Below are positions 10,448 to 21,978 of a stretch of DNA of 64,000 nt, in pieces. This stretch comes from an uncultured Actinomycetes bacterium (GTDB lineage: Bacteria > Actinomycetota > UBA4738 > HRBIN12), in NCBI GenBank assembly GCA_963704885.1, contig CAVPIB010000007.1, positions 64,001 to 128,000 of the forward strand, written 5' to 3'. Position 1 is the stretch's first letter; every line of letters starts with the position of its first letter. Below the pieces are notes generated by a model. The model was not told where the DNA came from and did not search any database. It saw only the letters and a program-made list of their open reading frames with translations. A program made the position numbers and the translations under genes.

Positions 10448-10470
10448 TACTAGTCTGGCTCAGACTAGTA
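10448..10470. repeat. Perfect palindrome TACTAGTCTG-GCT-CAGACTAGTA between convergent genes (possible bidirectional terminator or repeat element)
   Basis: 10-bp stem; same CTAGTCTG-NNN-CAGACTAG core recurs at 55321-55343. Confidence 0.6.
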
Positions 10471-10481
10471 GGAGTGCCGCA

Positions 10482-12138
10482 CTACGCTCGGTGGCGGTAG
10501 AACTCGACCGGCTCCGGATCGAGCGGGGTGTTGCCCAAGATCAGGTCGGCGGCCTTCTCCGCAACCATCATCACAGGCGCGTAGATGTTCCCGTTGGTCA
10601 CGTACGGCATCACCGACGCGTCCACCACGCGCAACCCCTCCAGTCCGTGAACCCCCATGGTGAGCGGATCCACCACGGACATGTCGTCGGTTCCCATGCG
10701 GCAGGTGCACGAAGGATGGAGTGCTGTCTCGCCGTCCTTGGCCACCCAGGCCAGGATCTCCTCGTCGGTCGCCACGCCGGGTCCGGGCGACATCTCGCCG
10801 CCGTTGAACGGCGCGAACGCTCGCTGGTTGAGGATGTCTCGGGCCACATGGATCGCCTCGACCCATTCGCGCCGATCCTGATCCGTCGACAGGTAGTTGA
10901 AGCGGAGCGCCGGGTGCACGCGAGGGTCTGTGGTCGTGATCTTGACCGAGCCGCGCGCGTCCGAGTACATGGGGCCGATGTGGACCTGGTAACCGTGGTC
11001 GCCCGCCGGGGCGGAACCGTCGTAGCGGATCGCGATCGGCAAGAAGTGGAACATGAGGTTCGGGTAGTTCACGTCGTCGTTGCTGCGAACGAACCCACCG
11101 GCTTCGAAGTGGTTGGTGGCGCCCAGGCCTGAGCGCAAGGAAGAGCCACTGTGCGCCGATGAAGGGCCGCCGCCACATCTTCATCCCGGGGGCGACCGAC
11201 ACCGGGAGCTTGCACGCGTACTGGATGTAGACCTCCAGGTGATCCTGGAGGTGTTCACCGACGCCGGGGAGATCGTGCACCACATCGATGCCGAGCGGCG
11301 TCAGCTCGTCGGCGTTGCCCACCCCCGACAGCTGCAGGAGTTGCGGTGAGTTGATGGCCCCTCCGCACAGGACGACCTCGCCCGCGCGAACCTGCTGCGC
11401 CGAACCTCTCCCGTGCGTGAACTCCACGCCGACCGCGCGTGTCCCCTCGAACAGGATCCGCGTCACGAACGCCCGGGTCTTCACGTCCAGGTTGGGACGG
11501 CTCATCACGGGGTGGAGGTAGGCGCGGGCGGCGCTCAGCCGTCGGCCATGGCGGATGTTGCGGTCGAACGGAGCGAATCCCTCCTGGCGGAACCCGTTCA
11601 CGTCGTCGGTGAGCGGGTAGCCGGCCTGCTGCACGGCCTCGAAGAACGCGCCGAACAACGGGCTGGTGGCCGGGCCGCGTTCCAGGACCAGCGGCCCCGC
11701 GCGACCTCGGAAGGCGTCTTCGCGATCCGCAGCCATGCAGCTCTCCATGCGTTTGAAATAGGGGAGGCAGTGCGCGTGGTCCCACGTCTGCATGCCGGGG
11801 TCGGCGCCCCACCGTTCGTAGTCGAGGGGGTTCCCGCGCTGGAAGATCATGCCGTTGATGCTGCTCGAGCCTCCCAGCACCTTGCCTCGCGCGTGGTACA
11901 CGCGCCGCCCGTTCATGTGGGGCTCGGGCTCGGACTCGTACTTCCAGTCGTAGAAGCGGCTACCGATCGGGAACGCGAGCGCCGCCGGCATGTGGATGAA
12001 GACGTCCCAGATGTAGTCCGGTCGGCCGGCTTCCAGGACGAGCACACGGTTGGTCGGGTCGGCGGACAGGCGGTTGCCGAGGGCGCTGCCCGCCGAGCCG
12101 CCTCCCACGATCACGAAGTCGTAGAGCGCGCTGGCCAT
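10482..12138 (-). CDS. betA: Choline dehydrogenase (GMC oxidoreductase); one frameshift near 11130
   Basis: [42 protein letters not shown], then a second frame with [34 protein letters not shown]. Confidence 0.85.
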
Positions 12139-12181
12139 CTCGGGCGATTCTGACCCACCGGGAGGCCTCCCTGCACGCGCC

Positions 12182-12202
12182 CGGTTGCTCATATCGCAAC
12201 CG
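12182..12202. promoter_or_regulatory. Operator-like palindrome CGGTTGC-TCATATC-GCAACCG (GTTGC-N7-GCAAC)
   Basis: Lies in the divergent betA / betaine-ABC intergenic region; same motif at 17296 and 36175. Confidence 0.6.
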
Positions 12203-12265
12203 CTACCTTGCGCGCGCGACACCGTTCACCCCAATATGGCCGTCTGAACACCCGAGGGGGAGCCG

Positions 12266-13288
12266 GTGGCTGACGCAACCGTTTCGTGTCGCAGCGTCTG
12301 GAAGGTGTATGGGCCGAAGGCTGATCGCATCGTCGGTTCACCGGATGCCGGGCTGTCCCGCCAGGAGCTCTTGGAGAAGACCGGGTGCGTGGCCGCGGTT
12401 CGGGACATCTCCTTCGACGTCGAGCGCGGTGAAGTCTTCGTGGTCATGGGGCTCTCGGGCTCGGGCAAGTCGACTCTGGTCCGGATGATCAACCGGATCC
12501 ACGAGCCCACCGCCGGCCAGGTCCTGATCGACGGCGAGGACGTGATGAAGGCGAGCGACGATCGCCTGCGTGAGCTCCGCCGGGAGAAGATCAGCATGGT
12601 CTTCCAGCATTTCGGTCTCCTGCCGCACCGCCGGATCGTCGACAACGTCGCGTTTGGCCTGGAGATCCAAGGCAAAGAGAAGGCCGAGCGAACGGCCGCT
12701 GCCGACGCTGTCATCGAGAAGGTCGGCCTGGGCGGATGGGGGCAGGCGTTCCCGGAAGAGCTCTCCGGCGGCATGCAGCAGCGTGTGGGGTTGGCGCGGG
12801 CTCTGGCGAACGACCCGGAGATCCTGCTCTTCGACGAGCCGTTCAGCGCGCTCGACCCGTTGATCCGCCGCGACATGCAGGACGAGGTGATCAAGCTCCA
12901 GCGCGATCTGAAGAAGACGATGATCTTCATCACCCACGACCTGGCCGAGGCGCTGAAGCTGGGCGACCGGATCGCGATCATGAAGGACGGACACTTCGTC
13001 CAGGTGGGCACGCCCGAAGAGGTCGTGGCGCATCCGGCCGACGACTACGTGGCTGATTTCACGAAGGACGTCCCGAGGACGCACGTGCTGACGGCTCGTG
13101 CGATCATGCGCCCGGCCAACGGCCACCCCCCGACCGACGGGCCGACGGTCGCGCCGGCCACGATCGTGCAAGACCTGATCCAGATGGTGGCCGACGCCGA
13201 CCGCACGATCTGGGTCGTCGACGGCGATGACGTCGTCGGGATGATCGATCGTGGATCGGTCATGGCCGCGCTCGTCGAGGAGCGGTAG
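12266..13288 (+). CDS. proV: Glycine betaine/proline ABC transporter ATP-binding protein (ProV/OpuAA family)
   Basis: [56 protein letters not shown]-terminal CBS-like region. Confidence 0.88.
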   Translation: MADATVSCRSVWKVYGPKADRIVGSPDAGLSRQELLEKTGCVAAVRDISFDVERGEVFVVMGLSGSGKSTLVRMINRIHEPTAGQVLIDGEDVMKASDDRLRELRREKISMVFQHFGLLPHRRIVDNVAFGLEIQGKEKAERTAAADAVIEKVGLGGWGQAFPEELSGGMQQRVGLARALANDPEILLFDEPFSALDPLIRRDMQDEVIKLQRDLKKTMIFITHDLAEALKLGDRIAIMKDGHFVQVGTPEEVVAHPADDYVADFTKDVPRTHVLTARAIMRPANGHPPTDGPTVAPATIVQDLIQMVADADRTIWVVDGDDVVGMIDRGSVMAALVEER

Positions 13289-13291
13289 CTC

Positions 13292-15356
13292 GTGGCGGTC
13301 GCGCCACCCCGCCGCGTTCGCCCACGCTCGGCGACGCTTCCGCGCCTGGGTCGGCTCTCCAGCCCCCCAATCCGTGGCCGAGGCGCATCGCGTGGGCCGT
13401 GGCGGCGATCGCCGTCGTTTGGATCGGGCTGACGTGGCTGAATCCAGGCTTCTCGGAGCGGTTGGTTGTCGATGTCACCGGCTGGTTCGATGCGTTCCGG
13501 GACTGGGCCATCCAGAACCGCACGACGAGCTGGCTGTTCGTCTACCTGATCACGCCGATCGAGAAGACGATCACGGTTGTCTACGACCAGGTGCTCACGA
13601 TCCTCGAACGCATGACGTGGCTTGGCCTCCTCGTCGGCGCCGCATCGCTTGCTGGCCTCGTCGCAGGTTGGCGCATGGCCCTGCTCACGGCGGCCGGCGT
13701 CTTCACCTTCGGCCTCCTGGGCGTGTGGGAGGAGAGCCTCGAGACGCTCGCGCTTGATGCTGATCTCGGTGGTCACGGCGCTCGCGATCGGGATCCCGAT
13801 CGGGATCTGGGCGGGCCGCCGCCCCAACGTCGAACGCGTGCTCCGACCCATCCTCGATGCGATGCAGACGATCCCCGCTTATGCCTATCTGCTTCCGTTC
13901 GTGTTGCTCTTCGGGATCGGTGAGCCCCCGGCCTTGTTCGCAACCCTGGCGTTCGCGTTGCCACCGGCGATCCGGTTGACAGCCCTCGGGATCCGGACGG
14001 TGCCCGAGACCTCGCTCGAGGTCGCCGACTCGTTCGGTTCCACTATCCGCCAGAAGCTGCGACTGGTGCAGGTGCCCCTCGCGAAGCCGTCGATCATGCT
14101 CGGGGTGAACCAGACGATCATGATGGCGCTCGGCATCGTCGTGATCGCCGCGTTCGTCGGTGCGGGTGGATTGGGACAGAAGGTCCTGGATGGCCTGCAA
14201 CGGCTTAACGTCGGCGAGGCGCTGAACGGTGGGATCGCGATCGTGGTGATGGCGATCGTGCTGGATCGTGTCACGACGGCGTGGAGCCAGCGGGAGCGCC
14301 GGAAGACGAAGCCGCTCAGGGTGTTCGGTCGGGTCATCTCCCGCCGGATGGTGATCACCGCGGCGATCCTGGCGACGATCGCCGCGGTGCTGATCGGCCG
14401 CGAGGTCTTACGCCAGCAGGAGTTCCCGCCCGCCTGGGAGACGTCGGTCGGGGCGCCCGCGAACGCGGTCGTCGATTGGTCGCAGGAGAACCTGGGCGAC
14501 GCCACGAGCGCGATCAGCGACTTCGTTCTGATCAACCTGCTGGACCCGATCCAGGATCTCTTCACAGGCGTCCCCTGGTGGATGATCGCGGGCGCCTTCG
14601 CCTTGATCGCCTGGCGGGTTTCGGGGCTGCGTCTGGGGATCGGTCTGTTCTTGAGCGTGGCGGCGATCGGCATGCTGGGCATGTGGGACTTCGCGATGGG
14701 GACACTCAGCTCGGTCCTGGTCGCGGTGGCGATCACCGTCTCCGTCGCGATCCCGTTGGGGATCCTGGCGGCGCGGAGCGATCGGTTCGAGAAGATCTCG
14801 AAGCCGATCCTTGATGCCATGCAGACGATGCCGGCGTTCGTCTACCTGGTGCCGGTGTTGTTCCTGATGGAGCCGGGTCGCGTGCCGGGGATCATCGCCT
14901 CGTTCATCTACGCCTTGCCGGTCGGTATCCGTCTGACGAACCTGGGGATCCGCGAGGTGCCCAAGGAGATCGTCGAGGCGGGCCGGGCGTTCGGTGCGAC
15001 GTCTTGGCAGCTGCTTCGGAAGGTGCAGCTTCCCCTCGCCCGCCCGTCCATCCTGTTGGGCGTGAACCAGACGATCATGATGGTGCTCTCCGTCGTGATC
15101 ATCGCGGGGTTGATCGGTGCGGCCGGCCTGGGGCAGGAGGTCGTGTTCGCGCTGGGGAAGCAGCAGATCGGACGGGGGGTCGTGGCCGGTGTCAGCATCT
15201 TGCTCCTGGCCGTGGTCCTCGACCGTATAACTCAAGCGATGGGGTCGGCGCCGCGGACGATGCGTGGGCCGGTCGGGAATCGGCCTCGGGTGGTGGACTC
15301 GTGTCCGTGCGCTCGTGGAACCGGACGAGATGGTGGAGGGGGAGGAGGACTCATGA
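13292..15356 (+). CDS. proW: Glycine betaine ABC permease with two ProW modules; frameshifts near 13310, 13755 and 15280
   Basis: Two copies of [13 protein letters not shown] / RLT.LGIR.VP / [17 protein letters not shown]; reconstructed end ..EGEEDS* overlaps the next ATG (ATGA). Confidence 0.75.
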
Positions 15357-16381
15357 GGAAGCGGTCGTGGAGGTTGACGGTGGCCGTGATCGCGGTCTTC
15401 GCGCTGGGCTTGGCAGCCTGCAGCGATGTGAGCGAGGAGCCCGCAGACGGTAGTGAGACGGGTGGTACGGCGACCGATGGCACCGAGCCGGCCGTCGCCC
15501 AGTGCGGTAGCGAGACGATCGTCATCGCTGTCAACCCGTGGGTGGGCGCGGCGGCGAACGCGAACGTGGCCAAGGGCATCATGGAGAACGAGATGGGCTG
15601 CACCGTCGAGCTCCAGGAGGTAAACGAGTCGGCGCAGTTCCCGGCGATGGCCGACGGCGATGTCGACGCCACTCTCGAGGTGTGGCCGTCTGGCCACGCG
15701 AAGGACCGCAAGGACTACATCGACAAGGCCGGAACGGTCGTCGATGCCGGCCTGCTCGGCATCATCGGCAACATCGGATGGTTCACCCCGTCCTACGTGG
15801 TGGAGAACAACCCCGATTACGCCACGTGGGAGGGCTTCAAGGACAACGCGGACGAGTTCGCGACGGCCGAGACCGGCGACAAGGGCCGGTTCTTGGGCGC
15901 CGACACGACGTACTCGATCTTCGACGAGGCGATCATCGCGAGCCTGGGGCTGGACCTGGAGGTCGTCTACAGCGGTTCCGAGGCGGCGTCGTTAGCGGCG
16001 CTCGACAAGGCCTACTCGAACCAGGACTCGATCCTCATGTACTGGTGGACCCCCCAGTGGGCCAACGCCAAGTACGACCTGGTCGAGGTCGAGCTCCCTG
16101 CGTACACCGACGAGTGCGGCCAGATCGCTGCCGAGGACCCCGACGCGGCGGTGGGCTACGACTGTGACTATGCGGAGGACGTGCTCTACAAGGCGTTCAG
16201 CGCCGAGCTCGAGACGAAGGACCCGGCGGCGTTCGCGTTCCTGTCGAGCTTCAACTGGACCGATGTCGACCAGAACGAGGTCGCGCTGCAGATCCAGGAA
16301 GGCACCGACCCGGGCGAGGCGGCGCAGACGTGGATCGACGCCAACCCCGACGTTTGGCAGGCGTGGCTGCCGACCGCTTGA
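15353..16381 (+). CDS. Glycine betaine/choline-type ABC substrate-binding lipoprotein (ProX/OpuAC family)
   Basis: RBS GGAGGAGG, signal peptide with LAAC, ATLEVW, GWFTPSY, YWWTPQW. Confidence 0.8.
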   Translation: MRKRSWRLTVAVIAVFALGLAACSDVSEEPADGSETGGTATDGTEPAVAQCGSETIVIAVNPWVGAAANANVAKGIMENEMGCTVELQEVNESAQFPAMADGDVDATLEVWPSGHAKDRKDYIDKAGTVVDAGLLGIIGNIGWFTPSYVVENNPDYATWEGFKDNADEFATAETGDKGRFLGADTTYSIFDEAIIASLGLDLEVVYSGSEAASLAALDKAYSNQDSILMYWWTPQWANAKYDLVEVELPAYTDECGQIAAEDPDAAVGYDCDYAEDVLYKAFSAELETKDPAAFAFLSSFNWTDVDQNEVALQIQEGTDPGEAAQTWIDANPDVWQAWLPTA

Positions 16382-16403
16382 TGGATCGATAGGAGCATGG
16401 GAT

Positions 16404-16430
16404 GCGGAGCGGCGCTTAGCGCCGCTCCGC
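16404..16430 (+). terminator. GC-rich hairpin after the betaine ABC operon
   Basis: GCGGAGCGGCGC-TTA-GCGCCGCTCCGC, 12-bp perfect stem, no U-tract. Confidence 0.55.
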
Positions 16431-16449
16431 TCCGTGTGAGAGGGGTCCC

Positions 16450-17287
16450 ATGAGCAAGCACGCCCGGCTATCTGTCGGCGGCGACCGAAAGGTGGCTGAG
16501 GCGGGTGGCAATCCGGTGACGGACGGGTTGCGTGCTCGATTCGCGACTGGCGGAACGGCCCTCGGCACCATGGTGTTCGAGTTCAATACGCTGGGGATGC
16601 CGCGGATCCTGTCATCGGCCGGCGCGGACTTCGTGCTGATCGATCTGGAGCACACCGGCTGGGGGATCGATGGCGTTCGTCCGCTGCTCGCGGCCGCGCG
16701 ACGCGGAGGCCGTCGTGCCGATCGCCCGCGTCCAGGGCTCGGCCCGCCACCTGATCTCTCCGGCGCTCGACGCCGGGGCCGCCGGCGTGATGGTGCCGAT
16801 GATCGGCGACGCGATCGAGGCGGAGCGCGTGGTCCACGCGGCGAGATTCGCCCCCAACGGCGGCCGGGGGTTCGGGCTCCTCTATCCGGACCAGCTCGCG
16901 CACGGTGTGGGGGCAGCGATCGAGCGCGCCGAGGCCGAGACGCTGGTGATACTGCAGATCGAGACGACATCCGGCGTGGCCCATGTCGAGGAGATCGCGG
17001 TCACGCCCGGAGTGGACGTGCTTTGGGTCGGAGAGTTCGACCTGAGTGTGTCGATGGGGATCCCGGGGGGATTCGACGACCCGCGCCTGCGCGAGGCCGA
17101 GGATCGCGTGGTAGCGGCGTGCTCGGACGCGGGGATCGCGGCGGGCATGCTGGTCGCGGATGTCGATGCAGCCCGCTCGATGCTGGAACGCGGCTTCCGG
17201 ATGATCGCGCTGGGTTCGGACATCGACCTCTACGGTCGCGCCCTGCGGAGCGGACTAGAAGAGCTCAGGAGCGAGCGGCTCCAGTGA
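16450..17287 (+). CDS. HpcH/HpaI aldolase family protein; frameshift near 16705
   Basis: GADFVLIDLEHT, then ALDAGAAGVMVPMI, RFAPNGGRG, LQIET..GV..VEEI...PGVD.LWVGEFDLS. Confidence 0.75.
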
Positions 17288-17295
17288 GGCGACCG

Positions 17296-17322
17296 GTGGT
17301 GTTGCTGGGTCCGCAACACCAC
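17296..17322. promoter_or_regulatory. Operator-like palindrome GTGGTGTTGC-TGGGTCC-GCAACACCAC (GTTGC-N7-GCAAC)
   Basis: Upstream of the corrinoid operon; same core and spacing as the 12182 site. Confidence 0.55.
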
Positions 17323-17383
17323 ACTTGCCACCGCAACAGCTGAGTCCCACCATCATGGGTGTGGAGGAACCGCTGAGGAGACC

Positions 17384-18079
17384 ATGAGCGACGACGAGCT
17401 GGATCTCTCAGCACTGCCCGACGACGAGCTGACGAAGCAGATGCACGACGACCTCTACGACGGGTTGGCCCCCGAGATCGTGGAGGGCACGAACATCCTG
17501 CTGGGTCGAGGGTGGCCCGCCGACCGCGTGCTGAACGAGGCGCTCGTTGAGGGCATGCGCATAGTCGGGATCGACTTCCGAGACGGCATCCTGTTCGTGC
17601 CGGAGGTCCTTCTGGCCGCGAACGCCATGAAGGCCGGGATGGAGATCCTGCGACCGCTCCTGGCCGAGACGGGGGCCGCCCGGACCGGCAAGGTGGTGAT
17701 CGGCACCGTGAAAGGCGATATCCATGACATCGGGAAGAACCTGGTGGCCATGATGCTCGAGGGCGCCGGCTTCGAGGTTGTCGATCTGGGCATCAACAAC
17801 CCGGTCGAGAGCTACCTGGCTGCGCTCGAGGAGCACGAGCCCGACATCCTGGGGATGTCCGCGCTGCTGACCACGACCATGCCCTACATGAAGGTCGTTA
17901 TCGACGAGCTGGTGGCCAAGGGTCTGCGCGAGAGGTACATCGTCATGGTGGGGGGCGCACCGCTGAACGAGGAGTTCGGCAGGGCCGTGGGCGCGGACGC
18001 GTACTGCCGCGACGCGGCCGTGGCCGCCGAGACCGCTCAGGCGTTGGTGATGGCTCGCCGTGCAGCCGCGACTGCTTGA
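17384..18079 (+). CDS. Corrinoid (B12-binding) protein, MtbC/MttC-like
   Basis: Cap domain FVPEVLLAANAMKAG, GTVKGDIHDIGKNLV (DxHxxG), GMSALLTTTM, VGGAP. Confidence 0.9.
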   Translation: MSDDELDLSALPDDELTKQMHDDLYDGLAPEIVEGTNILLGRGWPADRVLNEALVEGMRIVGIDFRDGILFVPEVLLAANAMKAGMEILRPLLAETGAARTGKVVIGTVKGDIHDIGKNLVAMMLEGAGFEVVDLGINNPVESYLAALEEHEPDILGMSALLTTTMPYMKVVIDELVAKGLRERYIVMVGGAPLNEEFGRAVGADAYCRDAAVAAETAQALVMARRAAATA

Positions 18080-18716
18080 CGACGAGGTCACGTTCGAGGC
18101 CGCGGGCGCCTCGGGCGGGTTGCTCGTCATCGCCTGCGGCGCGATCGCGCGCGAGGTCCTGGCGGTGATCCGGTTGAACGGATGGACCCACGTCACGCTG
18201 CGGTGCCTTCCGGCCAAACTGCACAACACGCCGTCGCGGATCGCGGAGGCGGTGGACGCGAAGCTGGCGGAGTCCGCCGGGCGCTACGACGACGTGTTCG
18301 TCGCCTATGGTGACTGCGGGACGGCCGGCGCGCTCGACCGCGTGCTCGACGAGCGAGGCGTGGAGCGGTTGCCCGGCGATCATTGTTACGGCTTCTTCGC
18401 GGGCGTCGAGGCATTCGCCGCCATGCACGAGGCGAACCCGTACACGTTCTACCTGACCGACTTCCTCTGTCGACACTTCGACCGACTGGTCGTGCAGGGT
18501 CTGAAGCTCGACACGCAACCTGAGCTCTTGCCCACGATCTTCGGGAACTACCGGCGCCTGGTGTACCTCTCGCAGACCGACGACCCATCGCTGGTCGCGC
18601 AGGCGCGCGCCGCCGCCGACTTCCTGGGGCTCGCGTTCGAGCATCGCCGGAGCGCGTACGGCGATCTCCAGCCCTCGCTGGAGGCGTTCGTGGGAGGAGC
18701 GGCCGATGGCCGCTGA
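18060..18716 (+). CDS. DUF1638 family protein (start uncertain)
   Basis: VIACGAIARE, CLPAKLHNTP..I, YGDCGTAG.LD, HCY.FF, TFYLTDFL; typical of corrinoid methyltransferase clusters. Confidence 0.75.
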   Translation: MQPRLLDDEVTFEAAGASGGLLVIACGAIAREVLAVIRLNGWTHVTLRCLPAKLHNTPSRIAEAVDAKLAESAGRYDDVFVAYGDCGTAGALDRVLDERGVERLPGDHCYGFFAGVEAFAAMHEANPYTFYLTDFLCRHFDRLVVQGLKLDTQPELLPTIFGNYRRLVYLSQTDDPSLVAQARAAADFLGLAFEHRRSAYGDLQPSLEAFVGGAADGR

Positions 18717-19014
18717 GCTCACGGTGATCTGGTGGCGCGACATCCCGGCGCAGGTCGTGGCGAAGTCGGGACGTACGACTGCCCGTGTGCAACTGACGGA
18801 CCGGTTCCAGGAGGCGATCGACATGGCCGCGACCCGGGCCGGCCTGATCGGTACCGACGACTACCTGGCCGAGTGGCGCCGCGAGTCCCACCCCTGCGGC
18901 GACGATCTGGAGGCAGAGGCGGCCGCCGAGGCACATCGCCTGGAACAGACGTACGGCGACGCGGCGTTGGATGTCCTCACCAGGGCCGGCGGATCGGCCG
19001 AGGCGGGCTCGTGA
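18706..19014 (+). CDS. Small conserved protein of the so-called virulence factor family found in B12 methyltransferase clusters
   Basis: WRDIPAQV, L.DRFQEAID.AA, GTDDYLAEWRR. Confidence 0.65.
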   Translation: MAAELTVIWWRDIPAQVVAKSGRTTARVQLTDRFQEAIDMAATRAGLIGTDDYLAEWRRESHPCGDDLEAEAAAEAHRLEQTYGDAALDVLTRAGGSAEAGS

Positions 19015-19943
19015 CCGACACGGTCCTCAGCTCGGCGAGCCGCGAGGTCGTGATCGGCAGCGGCCGCCCGTTCGTGATCATCGGAGAGCGGATCAATCCG
19101 ACGGGGCGCAAGAAGCTCGCCGAGGAGATGAAGGCCGGCGACTTCTCGACCGTGGTGACCGACGCGCTTGCGCAGGTCGAAGCGGGCGCCCAGATGCTGG
19201 ACGTGAACGCCGGCATCCCGCTCGCAGATGAGCCGGCGATCCTGGCCGAGACGATCAAGCTGGTTCAATCGCTCACCGACGTGCCGCTGTCGATCGACTC
19301 GTCGATCGTTGCGGCGCTCGAGGCCGGCCTCGCCGTGTATCAGGGCAAGCCTCTCGTCAACTCCGTGACCGGCGAGGACGAGCGTCTGGAGCAGGTCCTG
19401 CCTCTCGTGGCCAAGTACGGCGCCGCCGTCGTAGCGATCACGAACGACGAGACCGGGATCAGCGAGGATCCCGACGTGCGCTTCGCGGTCGCGGAGAAGA
19501 TCGTCCAGCACGCCGCCGACCACGGGATCGGGCCCGAAGACATCGTGGTCGATCCGCTGGTGATGCCGATCGGCGCCATGGGGACCGCGGGCCGCCAGGT
19601 GTTCACGCTCGTCCGCCGGCTGAGCCAGGAGCTTGGCGTCAACACCACGTGCGGCGCATCCAACGTGAGCTTCGGCCTGCCCAACCGCAACGCGCTGAAC
19701 GGGGCGTTCCTGTCCATGGCGATCGCGTCGGGCATGACCTCGGCGATCACGAGTCCGCTGCACGAGGAGGTCCGCGCCGCGGTGATGGCGGCAGACGTGA
19801 TGATGGGCAACGACCAGGACTGCGGCGCGTGGATCGCGAGCTTCCGCGAGCAACCGGCCGGGGGTACGGGCGGACGGCGTGGCGGCCGTGAAGGACGCCG
19901 GCGGGCTGCGACCGAGGCAGGGGAGGCCTCGCCCCCGTCGTGA
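19011..19943 (+). CDS. Methyltetrahydrofolate:corrinoid methyltransferase (pterin-binding domain, AcsE/MetH-pterin-like)
   Basis: IIGERINPTGRKKL, QVEAGAQMLDVNAG, PLSIDSS, KPLVNSVTGE, GASNVSFGLPNR; GTGA overlap. Confidence 0.88.
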   Translation: MTDTVLSSASREVVIGSGRPFVIIGERINPTGRKKLAEEMKAGDFSTVVTDALAQVEAGAQMLDVNAGIPLADEPAILAETIKLVQSLTDVPLSIDSSIVAALEAGLAVYQGKPLVNSVTGEDERLEQVLPLVAKYGAAVVAITNDETGISEDPDVRFAVAEKIVQHAADHGIGPEDIVVDPLVMPIGAMGTAGRQVFTLVRRLSQELGVNTTCGASNVSFGLPNRNALNGAFLSMAIASGMTSAITSPLHEEVRAAVMAADVMMGNDQDCGAWIASFREQPAGGTGGRRGGREGRRRAATEAGEASPPS

Positions 19944-21978
19944 ACGCCGCGACCGACGCACTCGTCGTCTTCACGCCCTCGGGCCAGCGGGGGCGGTTCG
20001 CGCACGGGACGAACCTTCTCGACGCGGCTCGCGCTCTGGGCGTGGATCTGGACTCGGTCTGCGGCGGGCGCGGGATCTGTGGGCGCTGCCAGGTGGTCGT
20101 GGCCGAGGGCGAGTTCGCGAAGCACGCGATCACGTCCAGCGCGGAGCACCTGACGCCTTTCTCGGCACCGGAGCAGGCCTATCGAGACCGATCCGGTCTG
20201 GCGCCGGAGCGCAGATTGGGTTGCCATTCGCGCGTGCTCGGGGACCTGGTCGTGGACGTGCCGCCGGAGAGTCAGCTCCATCGACAGGTCGTACGGAAGG
20301 AGGCCGACGCCCACGCGATCGAGGTCGATCCGGTCGTTCGGCTGCATTACGTCGAGGTGCGCGAGCCGGACATGAGCGATCCGTCCGGCGATCTGGAGCG
20401 CGTGCTCGAGTCATTGGAACGAGATTGGTCGCTCACCGGGCTGGACTGCGACGACCATGTGCTCGCGGTCCTACAGCGAACCCTTCGCGCCGGCGACTGG
20501 ACGGCGACGGTCGCCGTGCACGACGGTTCGACGATCGTGGGTGTTTGGCCGGGGTTCCACGACCGCATGTTCGGTGTGGCCTTCGACGTGGGGTCGACCA
20601 CCGTGGCGGGACACCTGTGCGACCTGGCGAGCGGGGAGGTCCTGGCGTCGGCCGGCGCCATGAACCCGCAGATCCGGTTCGGCGAGGATCTGATGAGCCG
20701 TGTGTCCTACCTGATGATGAACCCAGGCTCGGAGGGCGAGCTGACGCGCGTGATCCGGTCGTGCGTGAACGAGCTGACCGCGGAGCTTTGCTCGCACGCC
20801 GGCGCCGACGCGACGGACATCCTGGCGCTCACCGTGGTCGGGAACCCGATCATGCACCATCTCTTCCTGGGCCTGGACCCGACCGAACTTGGCGGCGCGC
20901 CGTTCGCCCTGGCCACGGACGGCGCCGTGCACCGGCGGGCCTCTGAGTTCGATCTCCACGTGCACCCCGGCGCGCGTGTATACCTGTTGCCCTGCATCGC
21001 GGGTCATGTGGGTGCGGACACCGCAGGCGTGATCCTGTCCGAGGCGCCCTACGACCAGGAGACCGTGAACCTGATCGTCGATGTCGGGACCAACGCCGAG
21101 ATCGTATTGGGCAACCGCGATCGACTGCTGGCCGCGTCTAGCCCGACCGGCCCTGCGTTCGAAGGCGCTCAGATCAGCTGCGGTCAGCGGGCGGCGCCCG
21201 GCGCGATCGAACGCGTCCGGATCGATCCGGCGACGTTGGAGCCGCGATTCAAGGTGATCGGCAACGACGCGTGGTCTCGACGAAACTGGGTTCGACGCAT
21301 CGCAGGTCACGGGCGTGTGCGGCTCCGGGATCATCGAGGTCGTGGCCGAGATGTTCCTTGCGGGCATCCTCACCACCGACGGCGTGATCGACGGCGGGCT
21401 CGCCTCGCGGACCCCGCGCATCGTTTCCGACGACCGTACGTTCTCCTACGTGCTGCACGAGGGCACGCCCCACCTCGCGATCACGCAGCCGGACATCCGA
21501 GCCATCCAGCTCGCCAAGGCCGCGCTGTATGCGGGGTGCCGGTTGTTGATGGATCACCTCGGTATCGACCACGTCGATCGGATCCGGCTGGCCGGGGCTT
21601 TCGGCGCCCAGATCGATCCGGTGCACGCGCTGATCCTGGGCCTGGTCCCCGACTGCGACCCGTCGCACGTGACGTCCGCCGGCAACGCGGCGGGTACGGG
21701 AGCGCGGATCGCCCTGCTCAACCGTGCCGCGCGCGCCGAGATCGAGGGATGTCGTTCGTCGGGTGGAGAAGATCGAGACGGCCCTGGAGACGCGGTTCCA
21801 GGAGCACTTCGTGGGCGCCATGGGGATCCCACACACGACGGAGCCGTCTCCGCGGCTGGCCGAGGTCGTGGAGCTCCCCGCCCCGCGCACGTCGGGCGGC
21901 GTCACCGGGAACGACCGCCGGAGACGCCGCCGCGTGCCCACGCCCGCAGACGGCACCGACGGAAGGAGCACCGGATGA
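19940..21978 (+). CDS. ASKHA-domain corrinoid reductive activator (RamA/RACo, DUF4445); frameshifts near 21280 and 21748
   Basis: N-terminal 2Fe-2S CGGRGICGRC..RLGC, DVGSTT, NPQIRFGED, DVGTNAE, GPAFEGA, CGSG, IQLAKAA, LAGAFG, GNAAGTGA. Confidence 0.8.

Noticed and set aside
13622-16381. 919-aa permease-binding protein fusion in the ORF track
   Set aside because: An indel near 15280 explains it; the binding protein has its own RBS, ATG (15353), signal peptide and ATGA overlap
17288-17383. Cobalamin or SAM riboswitch before the corrinoid operon
   Set aside because: Gap is under 100 nt with no B12-box or SAM core; only the operator-like palindrome is present
18706-19014. Virulence role implied by the family name
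   Set aside because: Context is a B12 methyltransferase operon; nothing in the sequence supports pathogenicity
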